From a virus (taxonomy: Duplodnaviria; Caudoviricetes), in IMG/VR virus record IMGVR_UViG_3300035498_000263, positions 1 to 64,000 of that record: a stretch of DNA of 64,000 nt, one strand, 5' to 3'. Below, in pieces: positions 60,782 through 64,000 of the stretch. Numbering within the stretch: the first letter of the stretch is position 1; every line of letters starts with the position of its first letter. The position numbers and the translations under genes were made by a program. The notes beneath the pieces are model-generated. The model was not told the DNA's origin. It did no database searches and saw only the letters and a list, made by a program, of their open reading frames with translations.

Positions 60782-61135
60782 TTAATCTTTTGTATAAGTA
60801 AGACCAGATTGAATATGACTATCACCCGCCTCCCCCGTAGAAGAGTCTATATCATTATCACTTCCATTCTGTTCTTCATTCATCTTTTCTTGTTGATTAT
60901 ATAAAGCAATTTTTACTTCATCAACAGAAACTCCTTCAACTGCATTTTCTTTAATAACATCTTCATAATAGCTTGCAGCAATTCTTTGCCTAGCTTCACA
61001 AAGATATTTTGTAAATGCTTTCTTGTCATGTTCCATAAGTTGTTGAGCAAGATTAGTGCTAACATTACTTAACTGCATTACGTTATCAATTTTGTTGATA
61101 AGCATAATCTTCTTTGTAGACTCTTTGATTTTCAT
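60782..61135 (-). CDS. Hypothetical protein
   Basis: 117 aa, helical with an acidic tail. Confidence 0.65.
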   Translation of the reverse strand: MKIKESTKKIMLINKIDNVMQLSNVSTNLAQQLMEHDKKAFTKYLCEARQRIAASYYEDVIKENAVEGVSVDEVKIALYNQQEKMNEEQNGSDNDIDSSTGEAGDSHIQSGLTYTKD

Positions 61136-61223
61136 TTTAGTTTTGTAAATTTAGATTTATTATTTTGATTCTAAGCCACTTAAATTATTAAATGGTATAA
61201 TTGTTCAGCCGGAACAAAATAGC

Positions 61224-61376
61224 TCAACCAAAGTCAAAATATCGCTCCATAGCGGTCGAATTTTGTCTATCTCGCCACTCTTGTAGTAACTCATCTTGGT
61301 GTTGGTCAATCCAATCTTCTTCATCAGCATTATAGTTCTTAGATTCAGTCATATAAAGACTATAATCATCTTCCAT
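61224..61376 (-). CDS. 50-aa acidic mini-protein (not in ORF track)
   Basis: MEDDYSLYMTESKNYNADEEDWIDQHQDELLQEWRDRQNSTAMERYFDFG with an AT-rich leader. Confidence 0.55.
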   Translation of the reverse strand: MEDDYSLYMTESKNYNADEEDWIDQHQDELLQEWRDRQNSTAMERYFDFG

Positions 61377-61403
61377 AGTATAAGTTTAATTATATATACA
61401 AAA

Positions 61404-61439
61404 CTTCCTGTAAGTATTATTTCTAATACCTACAGGAAG
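61404..61439 (-). terminator. Hairpin terminator
   Basis: cttcctgta-a-gtatta / taatac-c-tacaggaag, followed by tttt on the - strand. Confidence 0.55.
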
Positions 61440-61476
61440 ACCGACAACATAAAACTTAAATAATAAATCAAAATGA

Positions 61477-61695
61477 TTAGTTTATCTTTGTATTCTGAAT
61501 ACGTGCTACAAGAATTTCTTGCAACGCTTTCATAACATTCAATTGTTTGCCCAAAAGTATTCTATCAGAAGTTGAAAGTTCATGAGATTCACCACTATCA
61601 AGAAATGCAGTTAATCTTGCAATCCTTGTTTCAAGGTCATGATTCTCTTCAAGAAGATTAATCTTCCAACTAGGAATAAGATGTTTTGTTTCCAT
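61477..61695 (-). CDS. crAss001_48-related helical hairpin protein
   Basis: The pattern E..DL..RI.RL..FL.......L....R.LL..QL..M.....IL..R matches this recalled family. Confidence 0.65.
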   Translation of the reverse strand: METKHLIPSWKINLLEENHDLETRIARLTAFLDSGESHELSTSDRILLGKQLNVMKALQEILVARIQNTKIN

Positions 61696-61736
61696 AACTT
61701 TATTATTATTTTAATTAGTTGAACATTCAATTTAAA

Positions 61737-61874
61737 AACTACTACCTGTTTCACAACTGTTAGTAGTTGTATCAATACCATGAATAAATCGCAATCAGTT
61801 AATTACGTTATTCTTTATATCACTATGATTATTTTCAATTTAAGACCTATGTCTGTTTCACAACTGTCATAGGT
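61737..61874 (-). ncRNA. Two hairpins with different stems and an identical ACAGUUGUGAAACAG apex (putative cis-regulatory RNA)
   Basis: ctgtttcacaactgt at 61746-61760 and 61853-61867, enclosed by aactacta/tagtagtt and acctatg/cataggt. Confidence 0.5.
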
Positions 61875-61903
61875 TAAATGGGAATCAAATTAACATGCTT
61901 TAT

Positions 61904-62467
61904 TTAAACCAATCTTAATTGAAAGAAATACAACAAGATTATTAATAATATCACTAGAAATACACTCATTATAATTATTATCAACTTAAAACGTTTATTA
62001 ATATTACAAAGTTCTAAGTTTTTAAAATATTTATAAGTCAATGAATCTTTTAATTCTTCATTAAGTTTTCTAGCTTCATCAAGACTATCTTTTAGTGTTT
62101 CTTTTGATTTACGAAGTTCATCAACTTCAGCAGTTAAAGAAATATTTTCTTCTTTACACTTATCAAGTTCATCAGAAACTAATTTATAATCTTCTTTAAA
62201 GCAATTGCTTTTTGTTTCAAATTCAGCTACTTTGTCTTTAAGACGTTTAAGTGCATCCTTGTTATTATTATTTGTATTAGTTAAATCAAGAATACTATCA
62301 GTTAAAACTTTAATATTACTTTCATTAACTAACAACAAATTTACAAGCTCTGCTTTAGTTTTTCTCATATAATAATTACTTACATGAGTTTTTTCATCTG
62401 CTATTGTACCTTCAACTATATCATCTTTTATAGCAGATTCATTTGTGTTTTGATTTAATGTTTCCAT
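61904..62467 (-). CDS. Coiled-coil protein with a C-terminal membrane anchor
   Basis: About 110 aa of heptads, then IIIIMSVFLVILLIILLYFF. Confidence 0.7.
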   Translation of the reverse strand: METLNQNTNESAIKDDIVEGTIADEKTHVSNYYMRKTKAELVNLLLVNESNIKVLTDSILDLTNTNNNNKDALKRLKDKVAEFETKSNCFKEDYKLVSDELDKCKEENISLTAEVDELRKSKETLKDSLDEARKLNEELKDSLTYKYFKNLELCNINKRFKLIIIIMSVFLVILLIILLYFFQLRLV

Positions 62468-62509
62468 AGCTTTGTTTATTTTGTAGATTTGTAGTTTGTT
62501 TACTTTTAC

Positions 62510-62641
62510 TTACTCAAATTGAATATCAGATTCTGTTTCATCGTCATTCATTTTTTCAGCATATAAATCAACATCATCAAAATCTTTATTGATAAGTTCA
62601 GTATCAATATCTACTTCATAACATTTTTCATTATTATCCAT
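62510..62641 (-). CDS. 43-aa highly acidic mini-protein (not in ORF track)
   Basis: MDNNEKCYEVDIDTELINKDFDDVDLYAEKMNDDETESDIQFE; first ORF after a consensus promoter. Confidence 0.65.
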   Translation of the reverse strand: MDNNEKCYEVDIDTELINKDFDDVDLYAEKMNDDETESDIQFE

Positions 62642-62664
62642 AGTTGTATATGTTTAATTTTTGA

Positions 62665-62696
62665 CAAATATATATGAAATAGATATTGATTCCAAA
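62665..62696 (-). promoter_or_regulatory. Bacteroidota sigmaA-type promoter
   Basis: On the - strand: TTTG (62696-62693), 20 nt, TATATTTG (62672-62665). Confidence 0.75.
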
Positions 62697-62697
62697 T

Positions 62698-63105
62698 TTA
62701 ATCAGATAAATATTTTAATATGTGTTGTGCAAGGTAGATAGCTCTATTCTCACTTAGAAAATAATTACCAGCATCTCTACGACAATGTTCTTCGTATGTA
62801 TCTTGTATTCTAGCAGCACAAACTTTAAATTTATCATTAAGATAATAATAAAGTTTATGTTCTAAAATAGAAGGTAATACTAACATCCAATCGTACCACA
62901 TATTGACACCATTATCTTCAACAATGCGATAGTATCCATCATTACTTATATAACTTATTGTAACTTTCTTACCACAATAAGCTTCTTGTTCATGACTTAA
63001 ACTATTTTCATAGTAAGACATATCAACAATGCCATTTTTATTTTTCATAGCATTTAGCCATGCCTTACTATGAACAGTAACAGAATCTCCAATGTTGAAT
63101 ATCAT
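62698..63105 (-). CDS. Hypothetical protein with an N-terminal SH3/KOW-like motif
   Basis: FNIGDSVTV...GKKVTI...Y.I..D.G...W.D.ML pattern. Confidence 0.65.
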   Translation of the reverse strand: MIFNIGDSVTVHSKAWLNAMKNKNGIVDMSYYENSLSHEQEAYCGKKVTISYISNDGYYRIVEDNGVNMWYDWMLVLPSILEHKLYYYLNDKFKVCAARIQDTYEEHCRRDAGNYFLSENRAIYLAQHILKYLSD

Positions 63106-63245
63106 AACATTACTCTTATTGGTTCACCTTTTATATGATGGGTACGATAATATCTAAGAGCTATTCTAAGACACTTAAATAAATCAGGAGCGCACACTAC
63201 CAATTTCTCGGTAGTGTGCTTAGAATTAACATATATAGCTAACAT
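63102..63245 (-). CDS. 47-aa hypothetical protein (not in ORF track)
   Basis: MLAIYVNSKHTTEKLVVCAPDL...; ATGA overlap with the downstream gene. Confidence 0.5.
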   Translation of the reverse strand: MLAIYVNSKHTTEKLVVCAPDLFKCLRIALRYYRTHHIKGEPIRVML

Positions 63246-63248
63246 AGT

Positions 63249-63485
63249 TTAATCCTCCTCTTGATTATCGTCATCATGCACAATATATTTGTAACCTAAG
63301 AAGGCTGCAAATATCATGTACATAAAAAGGCATAGTGAACAACGAGTATAACTATTATCAAAGATGTAGCAATCGTTAGCATTAAAACCTGCATCTTTCA
63401 TGCAGATTACTATTACGACAGCTAGTGACACTATTAGCATTATTATTGCTAATATGCCGTAGATTATTTGCATAGTTGTCTTCAT
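63249..63485 (-). CDS. Small two-TM membrane protein
   Basis: Two hydrophobic helices and an acidic C-terminus. Confidence 0.65.
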   Translation of the reverse strand: MKTTMQIIYGILAIIMLIVSLAVVIVICMKDAGFNANDCYIFDNSYTRCSLCLFMYMIFAAFLGYKYIVHDDDNQEED

Positions 63486-63487
63486 GA

Positions 63488-63808
63488 TTATAATTGTTTG
63501 AGTTCAAGACCATTACGTATGAATAATGTATTAATAATACGAATGTCAATAGTAAGATGTTTAACATATAAACTATCAACATCTTCAGATATAGGAACAT
63601 AACTAATAGTTACTTTCCTAGCTCTGATTTCAGTATCCTTATTAATATACAATACTCTACCAGCATCGTCACCAAGGAAGTAACGTGCAATATCATCACA
63701 CGCTGCAAGAGCTTCTTCAACAGATTCAAAATCTGCTGTATAACATTTATTATCATTTCTTGTGACAGTCAATGTTACTTTGTTGGATTCTAATTCTTTA
63801 ATCTCCAT
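63488..63808 (-). CDS. Hypothetical protein
   Basis: 106 aa with an AT-rich leader. Confidence 0.65.
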   Translation of the reverse strand: MEIKELESNKVTLTVTRNDNKCYTADFESVEEALAACDDIARYFLGDDAGRVLYINKDTEIRARKVTISYVPISEDVDSLYVKHLTIDIRIINTLFIRNGLELKQL

Positions 63809-63844
63809 TTTGATTTGTTATTTAATTGTTTGTTTTGTTGTTGT

Positions 63845-63880
63845 AACAGTTAGAGGATTACTTTAAATCCCCTAACTGTT
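63845..63880 (-). terminator. Hairpin terminator
   Basis: aacagttagaggatt / aatcccctaactgtt with one mismatch. Confidence 0.5.
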
Positions 63881-64000
63881 CTATAAGCCAATAGATTAGT
63901 GCGATAATCATATCAATACTCATCATTATGGTAAACTTCATTGAATCTAATGTTAATCAAACTATCAACACTATGTTTTGCATCGTAGTAATTGTAGTTA

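Larger units (their letters stand above)
5295..60844. repeat. Dispersed motif CTTCTACGGGGGAAG, about 18 copies in both orientations
   Basis: Exact core CTACGGGGGA or its reverse complement starts at 6257, 14086, 15379, 24174, 32065, 40928, 41672, 47503, 47544, 50451, 55266, 58375, 60472 and 60831. Variants at 5299, 31439, 40969 and 6401. Confidence 0.95.

Noticed and set aside
5295-60844. Reading the dispersed motif as a CRISPR repeat, IS end or protein motif
   Set aside because: The copies are kilobases apart, there is no transposase or target duplication, and they are read in four different frames or orientations.

Overview
This is a roughly 64 kb piece of an AT-rich crAss-like phage genome (Crassvirales, probably infecting a Bacteroidota host). 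The PolB-type replication module and gene order resemble the p-crAssphage/Intestiviridae layout. Long ORFs are intact in the standard genetic code. The + strand (1-41,420) carries a tail fibre with an S74 chaperone, an accessory cassette with its own host-type promoters, a holin, tail ring/IHF-like/muzzle genes, three virion cargo genes, a 4,600-aa virion RNA polymerase, a PI-PLC-like gene and two tRNAs. The - strand (41,850-63,808) carries early and replication genes: dUTPase, DUF932, Gp157, ThyX, Nmad1, ligase, primase, SSB, RecT, SF2 helicase-like, PolB, UDG-like, Dda-like helicase and many small ORFs. The two arms converge near 41.7 kb. Capsid, portal and terminase genes are not in the window. 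The strongest unexplained signal is non-coding. A GC-rich quasi-palindrome, CTTCTACGGGGGAAG, is dispersed about 18 times in both orientations, 10 of them inside genes in four different reading frames. It also forms inverted pairs at operon ends and in a leader. Other signals are CG-rich patches with apparent 10-11 bp periodicity, a covarying UGUGAA-loop hairpin family, an uncharacterised 7-gene cassette, and very acidic mini-proteins. All family assignments come from motif recognition by eye; no database search was run.
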